A program made the position numbers and the translations under genes. The notes under the pieces are model-generated. The model searched no databases and was not told the DNA's origin. It worked only from the letters and a program-made list of their open reading frames with translations. 64,000 bases of DNA, taken from positions 64,001 to 128,000 of the forward strand of contig JAOZFG010000004.1 in the NCBI GenBank assembly GCA_027491435.1. Direction: 5' to 3'. This document shows positions 55,859 to 64,000 of the stretch, one piece after another. Source of the stretch: Thermoproteota archaeon (GTDB lineage Archaea; Korarchaeota; Korarchaeia; Korarchaeales; Korarchaeaceae). The number at the start of each line of letters is the position of its first letter. The first letter of the stretch is position 1.

Positions 55859-57643
55859 ATGTCAGAGTTAATGTTTGAAAAGGGGGTTATATCCCATATA
55901 AAGGGACCTGTGGTAATAGCTGAGGGCCTGAGGGGGGCTAAGATAAGGGAAGTGGTTCTGGTAGGCGAGGAGAGGCTAATAGGCGAGATAGTCAGGATAG
56001 AGGGGGACAGAGCCACCATACAGGTATATGAGCCCACCGGAGGTTTAAAAGCAGGAGAACCAGTAGAGAGGACTGGAGAGCCGCTGTCAGCCGAGCTAGG
56101 GCCTGGACTCCTGGGCCAGGTTCTGGACGGGTTGGGCAGGCCCTTGGAGGCCATCGCCGTTGAGGCCGGCGGCCCCTTCATAACCAGGGGTATAAAGGTG
56201 CCCACGCTCCCAAGGGACAAGAAGTGGCACTTCACCCCTGTTATCAAGAAGGGAGATGACCTGGAGCCAGGCGACGTAATAGGGACAGTTCCAGAGGGTG
56301 CCATAACTCACAAGGTTATGCTCCCGCCCAACTACGGCAGGGTTAAAGTTCTAGACGTCGTGCCGGAAGGAGACTACACCGTTGAGGAAGTAATAGCTAC
56401 TGTTGAGTACGCTGGAACGAAAGTAGACCTCAAAATGTACCACAAGTGGCCCGTTAGGAATCCTAGACCGTTTAACCTGAAGCTGGCCCCTGTAGAACTC
56501 TTGGTAACTGGTCAGAGGGTTATAGATACCTTCTTCCCGATAGTCAAGGGAGGTACCTCGGCAATACCAGGCGGCTTCGGCACAGGAAAGACGGTGACTT
56601 TACATCAGGTCTCGAAATGGGCAGACGCCGACGTCGTCGTCTACGTAGGATGTGGAGAGAGGGGCAACGAGATGACAGACTTGTTACACACCTTCCCCAA
56701 ACTGGTCGACCCTAAGACGGGCAAGCCCCTCCTTGAGAGGAGCGTCCTAATAGCTAACACAAGTAACATGCCCGTTCCGGCTAGGGAGGCCAGCATATTC
56801 ATAGGGGTGACCTACGCTGAGTACTTCAGGGATATGGGGCTACACGTGGTACTGACCGCCGACTCGACTTCTAGATGGGCCGAGGCCCTAAGGGAGCTGA
56901 GCTCAAGGCTTGAGGAGATACCTTCAGAGAGGGGGTTCCCAGCTTACCTCCCTGACTTCATAGCAAGCTTCTACGAGAGGGCCGGCAGAGTTTACGTTAA
57001 GGGAAGGAGGGACGAGGTGGGCTCGGTGGCCATAATAGGGGCGGTAAGCCCGTCAGGAGGCGACCTGAACGAGCCCGTCACTCAGCATACCATGAGATAC
57101 GTGGGCGCCTTCTGGGCGCTAGACAAGAACCTGGCGTTCAAGAGGCACTTCCCGGCCATAAACTGGTTAAGGAGCTTCTCTAAGTATACCGAAGGTTTAA
57201 GGGAATGGTGGATAAAGAACACAGGCCATGACATGATGGCCTACAGGGAGAAGGCCATGGACATACTTCAGAGAGCCTCCAGCTTGGAAGAGGTCGCCAG
57301 GGTCGTTGGAGAGGCCGCCTTGTCCGACGAAAACAGGTTGATATTGCTGGCGGCAGACCTGATAAAGGAGGGCTTCCTGGTTCAAAACGCCTACCATGAG
57401 GTAGACACCTACTGCTCTCCGAAGAAGCAGGCCCTTCTACTTAAGACCTTGGTGGAGTTCTATGAGAGGGCTAGGCCCATGATAGACGCGGGAGTTCCCA
57501 TATCCAGAATACACGAGATGAAATCACTGGGAACGCTCAGGAGGCTCAAGTTCATACCCGAGGAGGAGTTTGAGAAGGCCGTTGAGGAGGCTGTGGCCCA
57601 GCTAGAGAGTGAGATATCCTCCCTGATAGCCGAGGTGAGATAA
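55859..57643 (+). CDS. atpA: A/V-type ATP synthase subunit A
   Basis: [40 protein letters not shown]; no intein. Confidence 0.97.
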   Translation: MSELMFEKGVISHIKGPVVIAEGLRGAKIREVVLVGEERLIGEIVRIEGDRATIQVYEPTGGLKAGEPVERTGEPLSAELGPGLLGQVLDGLGRPLEAIAVEAGGPFITRGIKVPTLPRDKKWHFTPVIKKGDDLEPGDVIGTVPEGAITHKVMLPPNYGRVKVLDVVPEGDYTVEEVIATVEYAGTKVDLKMYHKWPVRNPRPFNLKLAPVELLVTGQRVIDTFFPIVKGGTSAIPGGFGTGKTVTLHQVSKWADADVVVYVGCGERGNEMTDLLHTFPKLVDPKTGKPLLERSVLIANTSNMPVPAREASIFIGVTYAEYFRDMGLHVVLTADSTSRWAEALRELSSRLEEIPSERGFPAYLPDFIASFYERAGRVYVKGRRDEVGSVAIIGAVSPSGGDLNEPVTQHTMRYVGAFWALDKNLAFKRHFPAINWLRSFSKYTEGLREWWIKNTGHDMMAYREKAMDILQRASSLEEVARVVGEAALSDENRLILLAADLIKEGFLVQNAYHEVDTYCSPKKQALLLKTLVEFYERARPMIDAGVPISRIHEMKSLGTLRRLKFIPEEEFEKAVEEAVAQLESEISSLIAEVR

Positions 57644-59046
57644 TGTCCATATACGGCATGACTTATAGGGGGATCGATCAGGTTAAGGGTCCCCTCGTCA
57701 TAATGAGGGGGGTCCCAGGGGTCGCCTACGAGGAGGTAGTTAGGATATTCTCCGAGGACGGAAGGGAGTGGATGGGACAAGTCCTAGAGGCTGGCAAGGA
57801 CAAGGTGGTTATACAGGTGCTTGGAGACACTGAAGGCCTCGAGTCCAACGCTATAGTGAAGTTCACTGGGTCCACGCTGAAGTTACCGGTCTCCGATGAA
57901 ATGCTAGGCAGGGTCTTTAACGGAGCAGGGGAGCCCATAGACGGCGGTCCACCGATCAGGGCTGAGGATTGGAGGGACATAAACGGGGCTCCCATAAACC
58001 CGGCTAAGAGGGACTACCCAGATGAGTTCGTCGAGACCGGTCTGTCAGCCATAGACGGAATGCTCAGCTTGGTCAGAGGGCAGAAGCTGCCCATATTCTC
58101 GGAAGCAGGTCTGCCTCACAACCACGTGGCCGCTCAGATAGCCAGACAGGCCATAGTGCCCGGCAAGTCTGAGAGGTTCGCTATAGTGTTCGCAGCTATA
58201 GGTCTGAAATACGACGACGTCCTCTTCTTTAGGAGACAGTTCGAGGAGTTTGGAGCTCTAAGCAGGTCAATACTCTTCCTAAACTTGGCTAACGATCCTG
58301 TCATAGAGAGGATAACCACTCCCAGGGTTGCCCTCACCGCAGCAGAGTACCTGGCCTTCGACCTGGGGATGGACGTTTTGGTCATAGTCACTGATATGAC
58401 CAACTACTGCGAGGCTTTAAGGGAGCTGAGCTCAGCCAGAGAGGAGGTTCCCAGCAGGAAGGGTTATCCCGGTTACATGTACAGCGACCTGGCCTCAATA
58501 TACGAGAGGGCTGGGAGAATAATCGGGAGGCCAGGCTCCATAACTTTCATGCCAATACTCACCATGCCCGGCGGAGACCTGACTCACCCAATACCCGACC
58601 TGACCGGTTACATAACAGAGGGTCAGATATTCTTGGATCTGGACCTCCACAACAGAGGGATTTATCCGCCAATAAACGTCCTTCCAAGCCTTAGCAGGCT
58701 AATGAAAGACGGTATAGGACCTGGGAAGACTAGAGAGGATCACAAAGAGGTATCCGATCAGCTTTACGCTGCCTACAGCCAGGGGAGCAAGGCTAGGGAG
58801 CTTGTTCAGATAGTGGGAGAGGCAGGCCTCAGCCCCAGGGAGAGGAGATACTTGGAGTTCGCCAGGAGGTTCGAGAGGGAGTTCGTGGCCCAGGGCTTCA
58901 AGGAGAGGAGGAACATAGAGGAGACTTTGGAGATAGCCTGGGATCTACTAGCAATGCTTCCTGAGTCCGAGCTCACCAGGATAAGCGACAAGACCTTGGA
59001 GAAGTACCACCCGCGCAGGAGGAGGGAAAGAGCAGTAGCGAGGTAA
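57643..59046 (+). CDS. atpB: A/V-type ATP synthase subunit B
   Basis: [46 protein letters not shown]. Confidence 0.97.
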   Translation: MSIYGMTYRGIDQVKGPLVIMRGVPGVAYEEVVRIFSEDGREWMGQVLEAGKDKVVIQVLGDTEGLESNAIVKFTGSTLKLPVSDEMLGRVFNGAGEPIDGGPPIRAEDWRDINGAPINPAKRDYPDEFVETGLSAIDGMLSLVRGQKLPIFSEAGLPHNHVAAQIARQAIVPGKSERFAIVFAAIGLKYDDVLFFRRQFEEFGALSRSILFLNLANDPVIERITTPRVALTAAEYLAFDLGMDVLVIVTDMTNYCEALRELSSAREEVPSRKGYPGYMYSDLASIYERAGRIIGRPGSITFMPILTMPGGDLTHPIPDLTGYITEGQIFLDLDLHNRGIYPPINVLPSLSRLMKDGIGPGKTREDHKEVSDQLYAAYSQGSKARELVQIVGEAGLSPRERRYLEFARRFEREFVAQGFKERRNIEETLEIAWDLLAMLPESELTRISDKTLEKYHPRRRRERAVAR

Positions 59047-59056
59047 GGGACCTATC

Positions 59057-59683
59057 ATGAGCTTTAGGTCGGTAGGGAGGGTCCTCCCTACCAAAGGTTT
59101 TCTTATAAGGCTTAGGGAGAGGACCCAGCTGCTGAAGAGTGGCGTGGAAGCTCTTAAGATGAAGAGAGATCAACTGGTCAGAGAGAGCCAGGAACTGTTA
59201 GAGTTCCTAAAGACTAGGTCGGAAGTTGAGAAGAAGCTCGAAGAGGCCTATCGAATGCTAAAACTAGCTTACACAGCGGCAGGCCCCACAGAGATGAGAA
59301 AGGCAGCCCTTTTAACTATGCCTTTGCTGACGGAGGTCAAGGTTAGAAGCGTAATAGGCGTAGAGGTTCCAGAGATAGAGTTCAAGGAGTTTCACCTAGC
59401 CGCATCGCCCTCACTGGAAGCCGTGGTAATAGCCGCTGCTAGGAAGTTCGCTGAGGCGGTAAATGAGCTATTACCCCTAATAAATGCTGAGGCCAAGTTT
59501 GAGAGGATAGCTGAGTCGCTGGCTGATACCATGAGGAAAGTCAACGCGTTGGAGAAGATAATAATACCCGATCACGAGGCGGCCATCAAGTACATAGAGG
59601 AGGCCTTAGAGGAAGACATGCTCGAAGAGTTTCTGAGGGTTAAGAAGTATAGAGATATAAAGAGGAGGGAGGAACTTGGTTAA
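59057..59683 (+). CDS. atpD: A/V-type ATP synthase subunit D
   Basis: PTKG.L, LKMKRDQL, RKVNALEKIIIP. Confidence 0.93.
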   Translation: MSFRSVGRVLPTKGFLIRLRERTQLLKSGVEALKMKRDQLVRESQELLEFLKTRSEVEKKLEEAYRMLKLAYTAAGPTEMRKAALLTMPLLTEVKVRSVIGVEVPEIEFKEFHLAASPSLEAVVIAAARKFAEAVNELLPLINAEAKFERIAESLADTMRKVNALEKIIIPDHEAAIKYIEEALEEDMLEEFLRVKKYRDIKRREELG

Positions 59684-60734
59684 GGCCAAGGTAAGATATC
59701 TGGCAGTCAGGACTCATGGACTCTACTCGCACCTCCTAGATCTGGATGAAATGAGGTCTTGGGCCCTAATAGACAGCGACGAAGAGCTGTTCAATAGAAT
59801 GACTAACACGGATTATGGGGCCTTCTTTGAGGGACCCCAAGACTTGTCTAACGTTTCAAAAGTGGAGGAGGCCATATACCGTTCCCTTTCAGTTAGGTTT
59901 AGAAGGCTGCTATCCCTGGCCAGGGGCACTAAGATGGAACTGCTCCTGAGGAACTTCCTCAGCAAATACGACATAGAGAACTTGAGGAGGATAGTCTTCT
60001 CCCTAACCTATGGTAGAACCCCGGAGGAGCTCTACCTAATACCTATAGGGGGATTTAAGCTGGACATAGGTAAGCTGTCGAAGACGACTAAGGTAGAACA
60101 CCTGGTGGACCTGTTGGAGGACAGAGGGCTGGCTAAAATAATTCAGGGCTGGTATGCCAGCGAGTACAGGGAACCTTACAGGTTAGACCTAAGCCTCGAC
60201 TCGTACTACGTAAGAACGCTGTTGTCTATGTTGGAGGGCATTAGAAAGTCAGTAGTTAAGAAAAGAAGTCCAGCCGGTCAGTTAATACTGTCTTACGCCG
60301 AGAGCTACATTATGAGAAGCGCGTTGAAGGCCCTTTACTTAGACATAAAGGGTGACGAGGTAACCAGCATTTATGGGAAGCTTCCGTTTAAGAGATTAAT
60401 GAACGTGATTAATTCTTCCTCAAACATAAATGAATTGCTGGATAACCTGCTAAAAATTGAACCATATAAGCCTTATGCCTATGAGATAATGGAGGCCATG
60501 AAGGAAGTTGGAGAGCCTTGGGTGATCGAGCACACTATACAGAAGAAGATATACTTAGAATCCCTTAGAATTTCACTTAAACGGCCAGTGAGTGAAGCAT
60601 ACATTCTAAAATACCTCAACGCAACTGAGTGGGAGGCTCAGAACGTAAAGACGATATTGCTGGGGAGAATAAGCAAGATATCAAGGGATACCCTGTATAA
60701 GCTGTTGGAGCTTCCCACTACAACATCTTTCTAG
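59676..60734 (+). CDS. atpC: A/V-type ATP synthase subunit C (d)
   Basis: YLAVR..G..S.LL, KYDIENL, E.EAQNVK.I. Confidence 0.85.
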   Translation: MVKAKVRYLAVRTHGLYSHLLDLDEMRSWALIDSDEELFNRMTNTDYGAFFEGPQDLSNVSKVEEAIYRSLSVRFRRLLSLARGTKMELLLRNFLSKYDIENLRRIVFSLTYGRTPEELYLIPIGGFKLDIGKLSKTTKVEHLVDLLEDRGLAKIIQGWYASEYREPYRLDLSLDSYYVRTLLSMLEGIRKSVVKKRSPAGQLILSYAESYIMRSALKALYLDIKGDEVTSIYGKLPFKRLMNVINSSSNINELLDNLLKIEPYKPYAYEIMEAMKEVGEPWVIEHTIQKKIYLESLRISLKRPVSEAYILKYLNATEWEAQNVKTILLGRISKISRDTLYKLLELPTTTSF

Positions 60735-60809
60735 AAACCCCTTCCCCATTATTTACTTCAAAAGAAAGTACAAACTAAGTCTAAGTGTAAAGCGACAGGG
60801 TTCTTTCCT

Positions 60810-61124
60810 CTATGCGGACGCCGTGGCGGTGCCTAACTCAGTTAACTCATATACTCCTGCACTCACCTTCTTTATCAATCCCTTCCTGACCAAAAATCTG
60901 ACCTTTCCAGCCACCTTCTGTGTACTCATTTTGGCTTTTTCAGCTACTTCTTTTATCCTAGCTGGCGACCCTAGGTCCAAGAAGGCCTTAAGTATAGTTT
61001 TTGTGTCAGGATCTACCTCTATCGGCTTAACAGTGGGTTCGACGGTAGCCTTTTTGCTAGCCTTTCTACCGGAAGTCCTCTTACCCTTAGAGGATGTCTT
61101 CTTACTGCCCTTCTTACATGGCAT
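60810..61124 (-). CDS. Winged-helix DNA-binding protein with Lys/Ser-rich N-terminal tail
   Basis: KKGSKKTSSKGKRTSGRKASKK tail; ILKAF...IKEVAEKAKMSTQKVAGKVRFLVRKGLI....GVYELTELG; AGGTGA RBS before ATG 61124. Confidence 0.8.
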   Translation of the reverse strand: MPCKKGSKKTSSKGKRTSGRKASKKATVEPTVKPIEVDPDTKTILKAFLDLGSPARIKEVAEKAKMSTQKVAGKVRFLVRKGLIKKVSAGVYELTELGTATASA

Positions 61125-61629
61125 AATGTCACCTACGGATACTAGCTTACCCATAAATTATAAACGTAACTAGGGGCTCTAATGGCCTACTATTATCTCG
61201 TTATATGCAAAATTAAGCCTTTAAGCTGATAAAATAATTAATAGATTAACGTATATTATATAAAATAAATTTGGTTAATCTCCAATCCATTTATTAGTTT
61301 GTCACTTAATGGATCATATCCTAGGATTGAGAGTTATAGAGGGATATCTGACCGTCATTTTCAACATTAAATCTAATTGGGAGTTATCTTTGGATTTATT
61401 ATTAAATTGGATAAATTATCAAAATATTATTTATTATAGTGGGATATATTTAAGAAGATTTCAGAAAAATGTTAGCGAGCCCTAAACGTCAAGCTATTGA
61501 ATAATCCTGTGGTTCAGTTAATAACCAATCATCGTTTCCGCCTGACTAAAGCCGTTAAGCTTCTGATTCGTCAATTGTTGAATCACGCCTATAAAATAAT
61601 ATGTCTACGAGTACCTAGGAGGTGGCGAG

Positions 61630-61884
61630 ATGGTTCGAGTTATCGATTGGAACAATTTCCCCGATGTCCCCCCCGGGTTTAAGGAGGTAGATGTGGTTGA
61701 GGTTAAGAGAGTTTATGACTACGAATTACCTCCCTTGGTCGTCTACGTAGGTGTGGCCGTTACTAATGAGGGCGAAGAGATTCCAGCTATAGCTGTCGTC
61801 GAAGAAGGCAACAACTACGCTAAGCTTTACCTGTTAATAGATAAGGAAACCGAGGCCGAGGAGCTCATATCAGCCTTTGCTTAA
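61630..61884 (+). CDS. Small acidic hypothetical protein (84 aa)
   Basis: GGAGGTG RBS, TATAAA upstream, T-tract downstream. Confidence 0.75.
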   Translation: MVRVIDWNNFPDVPPGFKEVDVVEVKRVYDYELPPLVVYVGVAVTNEGEEIPAIAVVEEGNNYAKLYLLIDKETEAEELISAFA

Positions 61885-61942
61885 GCCTGGCTTAGGAGTT
61901 ACTTTTTTCTTATTTTCAATCACTCACTCTCGGTGATCGGGT

Positions 61943-63874
61943 TTGATTAGGCGTATCACTGTTTTAGGAGCCGGTACCATGGGTCATGGTATAGCTCAAG
62001 TTGCTGCCATGGCCGGTTACGAGGTTATAATGAGGGACATCGAGGAGAAGTTTATCGAGTCAGGCTACAACAGGATAAAGAAGAGCCTAGAAAAGTTAGT
62101 GAAGAAGGGAAAGATAACTAGAGAGGAAGCAGATCTCATCCTGAAGAGGATAAAGAAGACCACTAACTTAGAGGAGGCAGTCAAGCAAGCGGACTTCGTA
62201 ATAGAGGCTGTCCCCGAGGTGTTCGAGATAAAGGCCGAGGTCTTTAAGGCTGTTGATGAGCTGGCTCCCCCTCACGCTATAATAGCTACTAACACAAGCA
62301 GCTTACCAATATCCGAGCTGGCAGAGGCTACTAATCGACCAGATAAATTCGTTGGAATGCATTTCTTCAATCCTCCTCAAATAATGAAGCTAGTGGAGGT
62401 TGTTAGGGGCAATAAAACGTCAGAGCAGACGGTCAACACGACTTTGGAGCTGGCAAAGTCCATGAAGAAAGAACCTGTTGTGGTGAACAAGGACGTCCCC
62501 GGCTTCATAGTCAACAGGGTGCTAGTGAGATGGCTCAATGAGGCCTGCCTAATAGTCGAAAGGGGAGAATCGGACATTTTGACGGTTGACTCTTCCCTTA
62601 AATATGTAGCAGAGTTGCCTATGGGGGCGTTTGAGTTATCCGACTTCATAGGAATCGACGTCATGAGGGACATAATAAGGGCCATGGTAAAGAGAGGTTT
62701 CAAGTTAACTCCCTGCAAGTCCTGGGATAAGCTAGTTGAGGAAGGGAAGCTGGGCGCAAAGTCCAGTTTAGGCTTCTACGATTGGTCTTCAGGTAGGCCC
62801 AACATACCTAAGGAACTCTCCACTAAGTTCGATCCCAAGCAAGTGCTCGCTATGGCGGTCAACGAGGGAGCTTGGTTGGTCAGGGAAGGAGTGGCTTCAA
62901 CGGAGGACGTGGATAAGGCTGTCATCTTAGGATTAAACTTCCCCAAGGGGGTGCTCTCCATGGGGGATGAATGGGGACTGGACGTCGTCAAATCGATAAT
63001 AGAGGGGAAGAGATCTAGGTACGGCCTGCCTGAGTATGAGGTAGACCCTCTTATTGAGGAACTGGTCTCAAAGGGGTTCTTGGGGGTTAAGTCTGGCAAG
63101 GGGTTTCATGACTACGGGTTAAGGGAGGAGGACCTGAACCAGGTCAAGTATAAGGCAACCCCTCCTATAGCGTGGATTATCCTGAACAGGCCTGATAAGC
63201 TGAACGCACTTGACATGGAGTTATTAAATTCGCTAAGGAAAGCCCTGGATATGGCGTTAGATGATGAGATAAAAGTGGTGGTGATAACCGGTTCAGGGAA
63301 GGCCTTCTCAGCGGGAGCTGACGTCTCAATGTTCAAAGGCCTATCCCCCATCGACGCCTATCGACTATCTAGGGAGTTGAACGAGTTCTTCGACGAGCTG
63401 GAGAGGTATCCTAAGCCTACCATAGCCTCTATAAACGGGTTCGCTTTGGGTGGAGGTTTAGAGCTAGCGATGGCGTGTGATTTGAGGGTTGCTAGCGACA
63501 GGGCTCAACTGGGTCAACCTGAAATAACTCTAGGTATAATCACAGGAGCCGGCGGATCTAAGAGGCTTCCGAAGCTTGTAGGGTTAGCCAAAGCCAAGGA
63601 ACTGCTCTTTACAGGGGACATAATATCAGCTGACGAGGCGGAGAAGATAGGGCTGGTCAACAGAGTTGTCCCACACGAGAAGTTGGAGGAGGAGGTCAGG
63701 TCCTTGGCCCTTAAAATAGCGTCAATGCCGTCTAATTCGATTAGGCTCTATAAATCGATATTAAACGGGGAGCAAGAGCCCCTAGCCTTCGGATTGGTGT
63801 TCTCAACAGAGGATTCAAAGGAGGGGATTAACGCTTTCCTCGAAAAAAGGAGGCCGAAGTTTTCCGGAAAATAA
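61943..63874 (+). CDS. Bifunctional 3-hydroxyacyl-CoA dehydrogenase / enoyl-CoA hydratase
   Basis: GAGTMGHG, EAVPE, NTSS, GMHFFNP; FSAGAD, GGGLEL, QPEI. Confidence 0.95.
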   Translation: MIRRITVLGAGTMGHGIAQVAAMAGYEVIMRDIEEKFIESGYNRIKKSLEKLVKKGKITREEADLILKRIKKTTNLEEAVKQADFVIEAVPEVFEIKAEVFKAVDELAPPHAIIATNTSSLPISELAEATNRPDKFVGMHFFNPPQIMKLVEVVRGNKTSEQTVNTTLELAKSMKKEPVVVNKDVPGFIVNRVLVRWLNEACLIVERGESDILTVDSSLKYVAELPMGAFELSDFIGIDVMRDIIRAMVKRGFKLTPCKSWDKLVEEGKLGAKSSLGFYDWSSGRPNIPKELSTKFDPKQVLAMAVNEGAWLVREGVASTEDVDKAVILGLNFPKGVLSMGDEWGLDVVKSIIEGKRSRYGLPEYEVDPLIEELVSKGFLGVKSGKGFHDYGLREEDLNQVKYKATPPIAWIILNRPDKLNALDMELLNSLRKALDMALDDEIKVVVITGSGKAFSAGADVSMFKGLSPIDAYRLSRELNEFFDELERYPKPTIASINGFALGGGLELAMACDLRVASDRAQLGQPEITLGIITGAGGSKRLPKLVGLAKAKELLFTGDIISADEAEKIGLVNRVVPHEKLEEEVRSLALKIASMPSNSIRLYKSILNGEQEPLAFGLVFSTEDSKEGINAFLEKRRPKFSGK

Positions 63875-63884
63875 CTCCTCTTTT

Positions 63885-64000
63885 TTAAACTTGAACTATG
63901 AAAATGTCCTTGCACGCCCTGACGGCATCATAGGGTATGGTCTTCTTCTCGCCGCCCCTACCGGTGGTTATCACCAGCGCAGCAAGTTTGCCCTCAACGT
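63885..64000 (-). CDS. PRC-barrel domain protein (3' end, truncated by window)
   Basis: Read manually: ..GKLAALVI....EKKTIPYDAVRACKDIFIVQV*; IPY..V.A..D..IV is the PRC-barrel terminal motif. Confidence 0.7.
   Translation of the reverse strand, partial: VEGKLAALVITTGRGGEKKTIPYDAVRACKDIFIVQV

Noticed and set aside
61270-61450. Degenerate CRISPR array interpretation of the periodic repeats
   Set aside because: The 50-bp period is short for CRISPR, the repeats are too divergent, and there are no cas genes in the window.

Overview
Gene-dense core-chromosome window from a (hyper)thermophilic archaeon of the TACK group, most consistent with Korarchaeia. That placement is inferred from the combination of crenactin, Zn-finger RPA, short XPF, class I LysRS, Alba, TIP49, GPN GTPase, GGTGA Shine-Dalgarno sites and frequent TTG/GTG starts. 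It holds about 60 CDS, three tRNAs (Met-CAT with a 37/38 BHB intron, Pro-TGG, Leu-TAA), an A/V-type ATP synthase split into two clusters (I-K and F-H-E-A-B-D-C), a porDAB operon and a VapBC-like pair. I saw no integrase, transposase or CRISPR array. The most unusual items are: a RuBisCO-fold protein lacking the recognisable catalytic and phosphate-binding motifs; a catalytically eroded PEP-synthase-like protein coupled to a deacetylase; crenactin without neighbouring arcadin genes; a winged-helix protein with a Lys-rich tail next to an AT-rich region with 50-bp-period repeats; a tRNA-Pro embedded in a sense-strand CDS; a candidate C/D-box sRNA; a membrane gluzincin with a cytoplasmic FHA-like tail; and a lysS 5' end with no canonical in-frame start. 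All family calls come from motif recognition by eye, not database searches.
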